NCBI GenBank assembly: GCA_964016885.1
Contig: OZ024753.1
Location: forward strand, 15,748,001-15,812,000
DNA: 64,000 bases
Direction: 5' to 3'
Source: Eledone cirrhosa
Taxonomy: Eukaryota
The translations under genes were made by a program, and so were the position numbers. Shown here one piece after another: positions 38,206 to 51,800 of the stretch (positions are counted from its first letter, which is position 1; each line of letters opens with the position of its first letter). The notes under the pieces were generated by a model. The model ran no database searches. It was not told the DNA's origin and saw only the letters and a list, made by a program, of their open reading frames with translations.

Positions 38206-38467
38206 AAGTGTAGAATGTCACAGGCTTGAAATATTAAAATTTCTCAATTATATAATATTTTTGTCAGCAGCCTAGCTCCCTTAAAAATTCTAAAATCTCA
38301 CAAGCTTGAAATATTTATTAACATTTCTCAATTACAGACACCATTTATCATCTAGAACGATATCCTACAATTATATTTATAGTTATTTGCATGAAAATAT
38401 AATTGGGTCTTAAATTTTATTCAATTTATTTGAGAGAAGGTTAAGAAATTTTATCCTGAAAAGACAT

Positions 38468-38870
38468 TTAACCCTTTAGTTACCAGCCCAGCAAAAACTG
38501 GCCCTGGTTCTATGAAATAAAACCACCCAAATTGGCCCTGGTTCTATGAAATAAAACCACCCATTTTAACTCTTTAGTTACCAACCCAGCCAAAACTGGC
38601 TCTGGTTTATATGAAATAAAACCATCCATGTTAACCCTTTAATTACAAACGCAGCCAAAAGCAGCTCTGGTTCTATGAAATAAAACTACCAATTTCAAAA
38701 GTTTCCAATTTTAATTAAAATCTTCCAACATCATTTTATATAAGAACTTTATGTTAAGTTGCTATCTTAGTAATGAAATAATTAATAATTCTAGTAAATC
38801 CTTCAAAATTCTTCATTAATAAATTAAAATAGAAAGTATATCTTTAGAAATGTAATCATGAAAGGGTTAA
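38468..38870. mobile_element. piggyBac-like MITE with a tandemly repeated left end
   Basis: TTAA-cccttt...aaaggg-TTAA; ttaaccctttagttacca...gaaataaaacc repeated 3x. Confidence 0.7.
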
Positions 38871-39055
38871 AAGTTTCCATTTTATTTATTCGGGGAACTT
38901 TATTTAATGGTTGGCCTATTTGATGGAATAGATTTTATAAGTGAGTAAGCTTATCAAATTGTAGTAGCATGGTATGTTACAAGTTGATTTAATGTTGGAA
39001 GTGTGTATATACCTCTGAATTTTATAGTGTATTTTCTAATAGTGTGTCAGTATTA

Positions 39056-39281
39056 TTAACCCTTTAGTATTTACATTACTCTATATTTACTGTTGTATTT
39101 TTGTGGTAAACACCCTATCTTACATAGTTATCTCACATAATATCGAATCTACGAGATTTTGATAATATTTATGAGAACAAAACCTTAACGTAAGTATGAG
39201 TGGCCAGTTACAGCTGGTTTGAACAGAAAGAGGTGCGAGAATTCTGGCCGGATACGGCCGGTTTAAATGCTAAAGGGTTAA
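39056..39281. mobile_element. piggyBac-like MITE, second copy of 37979-38205
   Basis: TTAA-ccctttagtattta...taaatgctaaaggg-TTAA. Confidence 0.85.
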
Positions 39282-39447
39282 CCCTTTCGTCTGAAGCCTG
39301 CAACCCTACTTCTAACTTCATGTAATCTGCTTCATAGTCTCAGCCGACAAGATGGAGGAGATATTGCCTCAGAGGATCGTGAGGGAGGCATGCTGGAACA
39401 GACAGAGCAACAGAGGGCAACCAAGTCTGCTACTCCAATTGCCTCAT

Positions 39448-42400
39448 TGTTTGCTGTTGTTGGTGCTGATGGTATTGGTGGTGTTGCTGTTGTTGGTGTT
39501 GATGGTGGTGATGGTATTGGTGGTGTTGCTGTTGTTGGTGTTGATGGTATTGGTGGTGTTGCTGTTGTTGGTGTTGATGGTGGTGATGGTATTGGTGGTG
39601 TTGCTGTTGTTGGTGTTGATGGTATTGGTGGTGTTGGTGGTGGTGTTGATGGTGTTGGTGGTGTTGGTGGTGGTGTTGATGGTATTGGTGTTGTTGGTGG
39701 TGGTGTTGATGGTATTGGTGTTGTTGGTGGTGGTGTTGATGGTATTGGTGGTGTTTGCTGTTGTTGGTGTTGATGGTATTGGTGGTGTTGCTGTTGTTGG
39801 TGTTGATGGTGGTGATGGTATTGGTGGTGTTGCTGTTGTTGGTGTTGATGGTGGTGATGGTATTGGTGGTGTTGCTGTTGTTGGTGTTGATGGTATTGGT
39901 GGTGTTGCTGTTGTTGGTGTTGATGGTGGTGATGGTATTGGTGGTGTTGCTGTTGTTGGTGTTGATGGTGGTGATGGTATTGGTGGTGTTGCTGTTGTTG
40001 GTGTTGATGGTATTGGTGGTGTTGCTGTTGTTGGTGTTGATGGTGGTGATGGTATTGGTGGTGTTGCTGTTGTTGGTGTTGATGGTATTGGTGGTGTTGC
40101 TGTTGTTGGTGTTGATGGTGGTGATGGTATTGGTGGTGTTGCTGTTGTTGGTGTTGATGGTATTGGTGGTATTGGTGGTGTTGCTGTTGTTGGTGTTGAT
40201 GGTATTGGTGGTGTTGGTGGTGGTGTTGATGGTGTTGGTGGTGTTGGTGGTGGTGTTGATGGTATTGGTGGTGTTGCTGTTGTTGGTGTTGATGGTGGTG
40301 ATGGTATTGGTGGTGTCGGTGTTGATGGTATTGGTGGTGTCGGTGGTGTTGGTGGTGGTGTTGGTGGTGTTGGTGGTGGTGTTGGTGGTGTTGGTGGTGT
40401 TGGTGGTGGTGTTGATGGTATTGGTGTTGTTGGTGGTGGTGTTGATGGTATTGGTGGTGTTGCTGTTGTTGGTGCTGATGGTATTGGTGGTGTTGGTGTT
40501 GATGGTATTGGTGGTGTTGCTGTTGTTGGTGTTGATGGTATTGGTGGTGTTGTTGGTGTTGGTGGTGTTGCTGTTGTTGGTGTTGATGGTATTGGTGGTG
40601 TTGCTGTTGTTGGTGTTGATGGTATTGGTGGTGTTGCTGGTGTTGGTGTTGATGGTATTGGTGGTGTTGCTGTTGTTGGTGTTGATGGTATTGGTGGTGT
40701 TGCTGTTGTTGGTGTTGATGGTATTGGTGGTGTTGCTGTTGTTGGTGCTGATGGTATTGGTGTTGTTGCTGTTGTTGGTGTTGATGGTATTGGTGGTGTT
40801 GCTGTTGTTGGTGTTGATGGTATTGGTGGTGGTGATGTTGTTGGTGTTGATGGTATTGGTGGTGTTGCTGTTGTTGGTGTTGATGGTATTGGTGGTGTTG
40901 CTGTTGTTGGTGTTGATGGTGGTGATGGTATTGGTGGTGTTGCTGTTGTTGGTGTTGATGGTATTGGTGGTATTGGTGGTGTTGCTGTTGTTGGTGTTGA
41001 TGGTATTGGTGGTGGTGGTGGTGGTGTTGCTGTTGTTGGTGTTGATGGTATTGGTGGTGTTGGTGGTGGTGTTGATGGTGTTGGTGGTGTTGGTGGTGGT
41101 GTTGATGGTATTGGTGTTGTTGGTGGTGGTGTTGATGGTATTGGTGGTGTTGCTGTTGTTGGTGTTGATGGTGGTGATGGTATTGGTGGTGTCGGTGTTG
41201 ATGGTATTGGTGGTGTCGGTGGTGTTGGTGGTGGTGTTGGTGGTGTTGGTGGTGGTGTTGGTGGTGTTGGTGGTGTTGGTGGTGGTGTTGATGGTATTGG
41301 TGTTGTTGGTGGTGGTGTTGATGGTATTGGTGGTGTTGCTGTTGTTGGTGCTGATGGTATTGGTGGTGTTGGTGTTGATGGTATTGGTGGTGTTGCTGTT
41401 GTTGGTGTTGATGGTATTGGTGGTGTTGTTGGTGTTGGTGGTGTTGCTGTTGTTGGTGTTGATGGTATTGGTGGTGTTGCTGTTGTTGGTGTTGATGGTA
41501 TTGGTGGTGTTGCTGGTGTTGGTGTTGATGGTATTGGTGGTGTTGCTGTTGTTGGTGTTGATGGTATTGGTGGTGTTGCTGTTGTTGGTGTTGATGGTAT
41601 TGGTGGTGTTGCTGTTGTTGGTGCTGATGGTATTGGTGTTGTTGCTGTTGTTGGTGTTGATGGTATTGGTGGTGTTGCTGTTGTTGGTGTTGATGGTATT
41701 GGTGGTGGTGATGTTGTTGGTGTTGATGGTATTGGTGGTGTTGCTGTTGTTGGTGTTGATGGTATTGGTGGTGTTGCTGTTGTTGGTGTTGATGGTATTG
41801 GTGGTGTTGCTGTTGTTGGTGTTGATGGTATTGGTGGAGTTGGTGGTGGTGTTGTTGGTGTTGGTGGTGTTTGATGTTGTTGGTGTTGATGGTATTGGTG
41901 GTGTTGATGGTATTGGTGGAGTTGGTGTTGTTGGTGCTGATGGTATTGGTGGTGTTGCTGTTGTTGGTGCTGTTGGTATTGGTGGTGTTGCTGTTGTTGG
42001 TGTTGATGGTATTGGTGTTGTTGGTGGTGGTGTTGATGGTATTGGTGGTGTTGGTGGTGGTGTTGATGGTATTGGTGGTGTTGCTGTTGTTGGTGTTGAT
42101 GGTATTGGTGGTGTTGCTGTTGTTGGTGCTGATGGTATTGGTGGTGTTGCTGTTGTTGGTGTTGATGGTATTGGTGTTGTTGGTGGTGGTGTTGATGGTA
42201 TTGGTGGTGTTGGTGGTGGTGTTGATGGTATTGGTGGTGTTGCTGTTGTTGGTGTTGATGGTGTTGGTGTTGGTGTTGATGGTATTGGTGGTGTTGGTAG
42301 TGGTGTTGATGGTATTGGTGGAGTTGGTGTTGTTGGTGCTGATGGTATTGGTGGTGTTGCTGTTGTTGGTGTTGATGGTATTGGTGGTGTTGCTGTTGTT

Positions 42401-45400
42401 GGTGTTGATGGTATTGGTGGTGTTGCTGTTGTTGGTGTTGATGGTATTGGTGGAGTTGGTGTTGTTGGTGCTGATGGTATTGGTGGTGTTTGCTGTTGTT
42501 GGTGTTGATGGTATTGGTGGTGTTGCTGTTGTTGGTGTTGATGGTATTGGTGGTGTTGGTGGTGGTGTTGATGGTATTGGTGGAGTTGGTGTTGTTGGTG
42601 TTGATGGTATTGGTGGTGTTGGTGGTGGTGTTGATGGTATTGGTGTTGTTTGCTGTTGTTGGTGTTGATGGTATTGGTGGTGTTGGTGGTGGAGTTGATG
42701 GTATTGGTGGTGTTGCTGTTGTTGGTGTTGATGGTATTGGTGGTGTTGCTGTTGTTGGTGTTGATGGTATTGGTGTTGTTGGTGGTGGTGTTGATGGTAT
42801 TGGTGGTGTTGCTGTTGTTGGTGTTGATGGTATTGGTGTTGTTGGTGGTGGTGTTGATGGTATTGGTGGTGTTGCTGTTGTTGGTGTTGATGGTATTGGT
42901 GGTGTTGCTGTTGTTGGTGCTGATGGTATTGGTGGTGTTGCTGTTGTTGGTGTTGATGGTATTGGTGTTGTTGGTGGTGGTGTTGATGGTATTGGTGGTG
43001 TTGGTGGTGGTGTTGATGGTATTGGTGGTGTTGCTGTTGTTGGTGTTGATGGTATTGGTGGTGTTGGTGTTGATGGTATTGGTGGTGTTGGTAGTGGTGT
43101 TGATGGTATTGGTGGAGTTGGTGTTGTTGGTGCTGATGGTATTGGTGGTGTTGCTGTTGTTGGTGTTGATGGTATTGGTGGTGTTGCTGTTGTTGCTGTT
43201 GATGGTATTGGTGGTGGTGCTGTTGTTGGTGTTGATGGTATTGGTGGTGTTGCTGTTGTTGGTGTTGATGGTATTGGTGGTGTTGCTGTTGTTAGTGTTG
43301 ATGGTATTGGTGGTGTTGCTGGTGTTGGTGTTGATGGTATTGGTGGTGTTGCTGTTGTTGGTGTTGATGGTATTGGTGGTGTTGCTGTTGTTGGTGTTGA
43401 TGGTATTGGTGGTGTTGCTGTTGTTGATGGTATTGGTGGTGTTGCTGTTGTTGGTGTTGATGGTATTGGTGGTGTTGCTGTTGTTGCTGTTGATGGTATT
43501 GGTGGTGTTGCTGTTGTTGGTGTTGATGGTATTGGTGGTGTTGGTGTTGATGGTATTGGTGGTGTTGGTAGTGGTGTTGATGGTATTGGTGGAGTTGGTG
43601 TTGTTGGTGCTGATGGTATTGGTGGTGTTGCTGTTGTTGGTGTTGATGGTATTGGTGGTGTTGCTGGTGTTGGTGTTGATGGTATTGGTGGTGTTGCTGG
43701 TGTTGGTGTTGATGGTATTGGTGGTGTTGCTGTTGTTGGTGTTGATGGTATTGGTGGTGTTGCTGTTGTTGGTGTTGATGGTATTGGTGGTGTTGCTGTT
43801 GTTGGTGTTGATGGTATTGGTGGTGTTGCTGTTGTTGGTGTTGATGGTATTGGTGGTGTTGCTGTTGTTGGTGTTGATGGTATTGGTGGTGTTGCTGTTG
43901 TTGGTGTTGATGGTATTGGTGGTGTTGCTGTTGTTGATGGTATTGGTGGTGTTGCTGTTGTTGCTGTTGATGGTATTGGTGGTGTTGCTGTTGTTGGTGT
44001 TGATGGTATTGGTGGTGTTGGTGTTGATGGTATTGGTGGTGTTGGTAGTGGTGTTGATGGTATTGGTGGAGTTGGTGTTGTTGGTGCTGATGGTATTGGT
44101 GGTGTTGCTGTTGTTGGTGTTGATGGTATTGGTGGTGTTGCTGGTGTTGGTGTTGATGGTATTGGTGGTGTTGCTGTTGTTGGTGTTGATGGTATTGGTG
44201 GTGTTGCTGTTGTTGGTGTTGATGGTATTGGTAGTGTTGCTGTTGTTGGTGTTGATGGTATTGGTGGTGTTGCTGTTGTTGGTGTTGATGGTATTGGTGG
44301 TGTTGCTGTTGTTGGTGTTGATGGTATTGGTGGTGTTGCTGTTGTTGGTGTTGATGGTATTGGTGGTGTTGCTGTTGTTGGTGTTGATGGTATTGGTGGT
44401 GTTGCTGTTGTTGATGGTATTGGTGGTGTTGCTGTTGTTGGTGTTGATGGTATTGGTGGTGTTGCTGTTGTTGCTGTTGATGGTATTGGTGGTGTTGCTG
44501 TTGTTGGTGTTGATGGTATTGGTGGTGTTGGTGTTGATGGTATTGGTGGTGTTGGTAGTGGTGTTGATGGTATTGGTGGAGTTGGTGTTGTTGGTGTTGA
44601 TGGTATTGGTGGTGTTGCTGTTGTTGGTGTTGATGGTATTGGTGGTGTTGCTGGTGTTGGTGTTGATGGTATTGGTGGTGTTGCTGTTGTTGGTGTTGAT
44701 GGTATTGGTGGTGTTGCTGTTGTTGGTGTTGATGGTATTGGTGGTGTTGCTGTTGTTGGTGTTGATGGTATTGGTGGTGTTGCTGTTGTTGGTGTTGATG
44801 GTATTGGTGGTGTTGCTGTTGTTGATGGTATTGGTGGTGTTGCTGTTGTTGGTGTTGATGGTATTGGTGGTGTTGCTGTTGTTGCTGTTGATGGTATTGG
44901 TGGTGTTGCTGTTGTTGGTGTTGATGGTATTGGTGATGTTGCTGTTGTTGGTGTTGATGGTATTGGTGGTGTTGCTGTTGTTGGTGTTGATGGTATTGGT
45001 GATGTTGCTGTTGTTGGTGTTGATGGTATTGGTGGTGTTGCTGTTGTTGGTGTTGATGGTATTGGTGGTGTTGCTGTTGTTGGTGTTGATGGTATTGGTG
45101 ATGTTGCTGTTGTTGGTGTTGATGGTATTGGTGGTGTTGCTGTTGTTGGTGTTGATGGTATTGGTGGTATTGGTGGTGGTGTTGTTGGTGTTGGTGGTGT
45201 TTGCTGTTGTTGGTGTTGATGGTATTGGTGGTGTTGCTGTTGTTGGTGCTGATGGTATTGGTAGTGTTGCTGTTGTTGGTGCTGATGGTATTGGTAGTGT
45301 TGCTGTTGTTGGTGTTGATGGTATTGGTGATGTTGCTGTTGTTGGTGTTGATGGTATTGGTGGTGTTGCTGTTGTTGGTGTTGATGGTATTGGTGGAGTT

Positions 45401-46460
45401 GGTGGTGGTGTTGTTGGTGTTGGTGGTGTTTGCTGTTGTTGGTGTTGATGGTATTGGTGGTGTTGCTGTTGTTGGTGCTGATGGTATTGGTGGTGTTGCT
45501 GTTGTTGGTGTTGATGGTATTGGTGTTGTTGGTGGTGGTGTTGATGGTATTGGTGGTGTTGGTGGTGGTGTTGATGGTATTGGTGGTGTTGCTGTTGTTG
45601 GTGTTGATGGTATTGGTGGTGTTGGTGTTGGTGTTGATGGTATTGGTGGTGTTGGTAGTGTTGTTGATGGTATTGGTGGAGTTGGTGTTGTTGGTGCTGA
45701 TGGTATTGGTGGTGTTGCTGTTGTTGGTGTTGATGGTATTGGTGGTGTTGCTGTTGTTGGTGTTGATGGTATTGGTGGAGTTGGTGTTGTTGGTGCTGAT
45801 GGTATTGGTGGTGTTTGCTGTTGTTGGTGTTGATGGTATTGGTGGTGTTGCTGTTGTTGGTGTTGATGGTATTGGTGGAGTTGGTGGTGGTGTTGTTGGT
45901 GTTGGTGGTGTTTGCTGTTGTTGGTGTTGATGGTATTGGCGGTGTTGGTGGTGGTGTTGATGGTATTGGTGGAGTTGGTGGTGGTGTTGATGGTATTGGT
46001 GGAGTTGATGTTGCTGTTGTTGTTTTTGAGGGTATTAGTGGAGTCGGTGGTGGTGTTGATGGTATTGGTGGAGTCGGTGGTGGTGTAGATGGTATTTGTT
46101 GAGTCGGTGGTGGTGTTGATGTTGATGATGGTATTGGTGGAGTCGGTGGTGGTGTTGATGTTGATGATGGTATTGGTGGAGTCGGTGGTGGTGTTGATGT
46201 TGATGATGGTATTGGTGGAGTCGGTGGTGGTGTTGATGTTGATGATGGTATTGGTGGAGTCGGTGGTGGTGTTGATGTTGATGATGGTATTGGTGGAGTT
46301 GATGTTGCTGCTGTTGTTGTTGTTGCTGTCATTGTTATTGTTGATGTTGCGTTGTTATTATTGTCTTCATTTAATCATTGTCATTGCAGCTGGTGTTACA
46401 ACATATTTTGTCATTGTTGTTGTTGTTGTTATTAGAGTTGTTGTTGTTGTTGTTGCTTTG
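39448..46460. repeat. ~7-kb GGT/GTT/GAT trinucleotide-derived array with a 33-bp main unit
   Basis: Unit gatggtattggtggtgttgctgttgttggtgtt. Confidence 0.95.
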
Positions 46461-46633
46461 CTTTGATCAAGTAATGCCTCAAGATTATGAAATGTTATTT
46501 TTAACAGAGAATGATGTTTATTTATTAAAATTTGTTGCAGAAACTGAATAGAATAACTTTTAAGTTTATGCCAACTCCAAAACTATGAGTTGATAGGAAG
46601 AGCAATGTCTGGATTAGACAGCAGACTGGTGTG

Positions 46634-47240
46634 AAGAAGAACAAATATAGATGGGCTGGCCATGTCTCTTGTTTGAGAGACAACAGGGGGACTATTAGAG
46701 TGACAGAGGAGACCACCAAGAAGAACAAATATAGATGGGCTGGCCATGTCTCTTGTTTGGAGGACAACAGGGGGACTATTAGAGTGACAGAGGAGACCAC
46801 CAAGAAGAACAAATATAGATGGGCTGGCCATGTCTCTTGTTTGAGAGACAACAGGGGGACTATTAGAGTGACAGAGGAGACCATCAAGAAGAACAAATAT
46901 AGATGGGCTGGCCATGTCTCTTGTTTGAGAGACAACACGGGGACTATTAGAGTGACAGAGGAGACCACCAAGAAGAACAAATATAGATGGGCTGGCCATG
47001 TCTCTTGTTTGAGAGACAACAGGGGGACTATTAGAGTGACAGAGGAGACCACCAAGAAGAACAAATATAGATGGGCTGGCCATGTCTCTTGTTTGGGGGA
47101 CAACAGGGGGACTATTAGAGTGACAGAGGAGACCATCAAGAAGAGCAAATATAGATGGGCTGGCCATGTCTCTTGTTTGGGGGACTATTAGAGTGATAGA
47201 GGAGACCATCAAGAAGAGCAAATATAGATAGGCTGGCTAT
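46634..47240 (+). repeat. 84-bp minisatellite, ~7 copies, derived from LINE RT C-terminal coding sequence
   Basis: Unit translates KKNKYRWAGHVSCLRDNRGTIRVTEETT, preceded by SNVWIRQQTGV. Confidence 0.9.
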
Positions 47241-47451
47241 GCAGCCTCATTTGCATACCAAGCGAGTTACGGTTTGCCTTGTCAAAAATAAAAAATAAAA
47301 TTAGAGTTTTATTTCAAACCCTAGCAAAGCTGACACAAAAATGTAACTATTCACGCACACACACATATATATATACACACACACACCTATATATATATAT
47401 ATACTATATATTAACAAATGGAAACTATATTTATAAAACCATATTTATTTC

Positions 47452-47508
47452 ATTATACATATTTCAAGGGCCACCAGAGCAAACTATGGTGCGCTTTCAT
47501 CAGATAAA
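47452..47508 (-). ncRNA. Hammerhead motif in a linear copy (47405-47592) of the 32922 element
   Basis: ttta-t-CTGATGA-aagcgcacca[loop]tggtggccctt-GAAA-tatg-TA-taat. Confidence 0.62.
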
Positions 47509-47590
47509 ATATAATATGGGTTAGTTTTATAAATAAATATTGACATACCCTTAAAAAATGCAACCATTCTGGTTGGAATCTCCTGGATAG

Positions 47591-47709
<119 letters not shown>

Positions 47710-48226
47710 GTTTAACCTGTTTAGCTTGCGTCGTTGTTTTGGCTCCGATGGCTGATAGTTTCATGACCGCCGCTTTCAGTTTGTCTGGCCTCTATAACGT
47801 ATGTTAATTGCTCTGGTCTTCTTTTAGTCCATTGAGCGCTCGACACATATCTCGAAAATTGCATTTCGCTTTGTTTTTGACCACAGCCGAAATACGATAT
47901 ATAGGTACATATATAATATATATATATGAGTGTGTGTGTATTATAGCAATCTAATAATGGTCTTTCCTGTGTATAAAACTTATAGCATCAATTGAAACGT
48001 TATATAAGATTGTTAAACTTGGACCTAAATGGAAAACTACTATAAAGGTCAACGGAATATTCCGGAATATTTACCAGATTAATATTGAACATCTATAGGT
48101 TGCACATAAACAAATATGGTTTGTGCTAAATCAATTAAAATCCTGAATAGACGGGTTAAGTACTTGGATTATTTATGAGTGTTGTGTGGTAAGCAATATA
48201 TATAAACATGTGTCCTCTCAAAATTA

Positions 48227-48426
48227 NNNNNNNNNNNNNNNNNNNNNNNNNNNNNNNNNNNNNNNNNNNNNNNNNNNNNNNNNNNNNNNNNNNNNNNNNN
48301 NNNNNNNNNNNNNNNNNNNNNNNNNNNNNNNNNNNNNNNNNNNNNNNNNNNNNNNNNNNNNNNNNNNNNNNNNNNNNNNNNNNNNNNNNNNNNNNNNNNN
48401 NNNNNNNNNNNNNNNNNNNNNNNNNN
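48227..48426. other. Assembly gap (200 N)
   Basis: Run of N. Confidence 1.
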
Positions 48427-48874
48427 AAGTAATTTAAAAGCTTGTCAAAAGGTTATGTGAACATTATAAGCTGAAATATTCTACTATTAATGTAAATGTC
48501 ACGAGATTTAACTACCATGCATATAATATGATGTGATGAGGGTGTAAAATCAATTTTCCTTATCGCCATGTAGCTACCAGCTCAAGTCACTGTGTCTACA
48601 TTATTTAATAATGTAAGAAACTGCTCACTGCTCACCTATGGCCAGAATTTCACCTGCATTCATCATCAATTTCACTATAATCTTCATTTTACATCTGATT
48701 TTACATGATATGGGTTGGATGAGTCATTCTGCTCCAATACCAGATCGGTCACAGAAACATATCTTGCTTGTATGTTCCATATTTGGTATGGTTTCTATAG
48801 TTGAGTGCCTTTCATAATACTAACCACTTCTTAGAGTATAATGGGTGTATTATATACACTAACACATTATATAA

Positions 48875-51800
48875 TACTAACACTTTACAGAGTGTATTGG
48901 GTGTATTATATCATGGCACCAGTACTAACACTTTACAGAGTGTACTGGGTGTATTATATCATAGTACCAGTACTAACACTTTACAGAGTGTACTGGGTGT
49001 ATTATATCATGGCACTAGTACTAACACTTTACAGAGTGTACTGGGTGTATTATATCATGGTACCAGTACTAACACTTTACAGAGTGTACTGGGTGTATTA
49101 TATCATGGTACCAGTACTAACACTTTACAGAGTGTACTGGGTGTAATATATCATGGTACCAGTACTAACACTTTACAGAGTCTACTAGGTGTAATATATC
49201 AAGGCACTAGTACTAACACTTTACAGAGTGTACTGGGTGTATTATATCATGGCACTAGTACTAACACTTTACAGAGTGTGCTGGGTGTATTATATCATAG
49301 TACCAGTACTAACACTTTACAGAGTGTACTGGGTGTATTATATCATGGTACCAGTACTAACACTTTACAGAGTGTACTGGGTGTATTATATCATGGTACC
49401 AGTACTAACACTTTACAGAGTGTACTGGGTGTATTATATCATGGTACCAGTACTAACACTTTACAGAGTGTACTGGGTGTATTATATCATGGCACCAGTA
49501 CTAACACTTTACAGCGTGTACTGGGTGTAATATATCATGGTACCAGTACTAACACTTTACAGAGTCTACTAGGTGTAATATATCAAGGCACTAGTACTAA
49601 CACTTTACAGAGTGTACTGGGTGTAATATATCATGGTACCAGTACTAACACTTTACAGTGTACTGGGTTTATTATATCATGGCACCAGTACTAACACTTT
49701 ACAGAGTGTACTAGGTGTATTATATCATGACACCAGTGCTAACACTTTACAGAGTGAACTGGGTGTATTATATCATGGAACCAGTACTAACACTTTACAG
49801 AGTTTACTGGGTGTATTATATCATGGCACTAGTACTAACACTTTACAGAGTGTACTGGGTGTATTATATCATGGCACTAGTACTAACACTTTACAGAGTT
49901 TACTGGGTGTATTATATCATGGCACTAGTACTAACACTTTACAGAGTGTACTGGGTGTATTATATCATAGTACCAGTACTAACACTTTACAGAGTGTACT
50001 GGGTGTATTATATCATAGTATCAGTACTAACACTTTACAGAGTGTACTGGGTGTATTATATCATGGCACTACTACTAACACTTTACAGAGTGTACTGGGT
50101 GTATTATATCATAGTACCAGTACTAACACTTTACAGAGTGTACTGGGTGTATTATATCATGGCACTAGTACTAACACTTTACAGAGTGTACTGGGTGTAT
50201 TATATCATAGTACCAGTACTAACACTTTACAGAGTGTACTGGGTGTATTATATCATGGCACTAGTAATAACACTTTACAGAGTGTACTGGGTGCATTATA
50301 TCATAGTTTCAGTACTAAAAACTTTACAGAGTGTACTGGGTGTAATATATCATGGCACTAGTACTAACACTTTACAGAGTTTACTGGGTGTATTATATCA
50401 TGGCACTAGTACTAACACTTTACAGAGTGTACTGGGTGTATTATATCATAGTATCAGTACTAACACTTTACAGAGTGTACTGGGTGTATTATATCATGGC
50501 ACTAGTACTAACACTTTACAGAGTGTACTGGGTGTATTATATCATAGTACCAGTACTAACACTTTACAGAGTGTACTGGGTGTATGATATCATGGCACTA
50601 GTACTAACAGATTACAGAATGTACTGGGTGTATTATATCATAGTACCAGTACTAACACTTTACAGAGTGTACTGGGTGTATTATATCATGGCACTAGTAA
50701 TAACACTTTACAGAGTGTACTGGGTGCATTATATCATAGTTTCAGTACTAAAAACTTTACAGAGTTTACTGGGTGTAATATATCATGGCACTAGTACTAA
50801 CACTTTACAGAGTTTACTGGGTGTATTATATCATGGCACTAGTACTAACACTTTACAGAGTGTACTGGGTGTATGATATCATGGCACTAGTACTAACAGA
50901 TTACAGAATGTACTGGGTGTATTATATCATAGTACCAGTACTAACACTTTACAGAGTGTACTGGGTGTAATATATCATGGTACCAGTACTAACACTTTAC
51001 AGAGTCTACTAGGTGTAATATATCAAGGCACTAGTACTAACACTTTACAGAGTGTACTGGGTGTAATATATCATGGTACCAGTACTAACACTTTACAGTG
51101 TACTGGGTTTATTATATCATGGCACCAGTACTAACACTTTACAGAGTGTACTAGGTGTATTATATCATGACACCAGTGCTAACACTTTACAGAGTGAACT
51201 GGGTGTATTATATCATGGAACGAGTACTAACACTTTACAGTGTACTGGGTGTATTATATCATGGCACTAGTACTAACACTTTACAGAGTTTACTGGGTGT
51301 ATTATATCATGGCACTAGTACTAACACTTTACAGAGTGTACTGGGTGTATTATATCATAGTACCAGTACTAACACTTTACAGAGTGTACTGGGTGTATTA
51401 TATCATAGTACCAGTACTAACACTTTAGAGAGTGTACTGCGTGTATTATATCATAGTACCAGTACTAACACTTTACAGAGTGTACTGGGTGTAATATATC
51501 ATGGTACCAGTACTAACACTTTACAGAGTATACTGGGTGTAATATATCATGGTACCAGTACTAACACTTTACAGAGTATACTGGGTGTAATATATCATGG
51601 TACCAGTGCAAACACTTTACAGAGTGTACTGGGTGTATTATATCATGGCACTAGTACTAACACTTTACAGAGTGTACTGGGTGTATGATATCATGGCACT
51701 AGTACTAACAGATTACAGAATGTACTGGGTGTATTATATCATAGTACCAGTACTAACACTTTACAGAGTGTACTGGGTGTATTATATCATGGTACCAGTA

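Noticed and set aside
39352-46466. 2300-aa Thr/Asn-rich 'mucin-like' ORF and 800-900-aa Gly/Val ORFs
   Set aside because: Stop-free because of repeat composition; single-base insertions switch the peptide between TTN, HQ and PPIPST phases with no frame conservation, and no flanking domains are present
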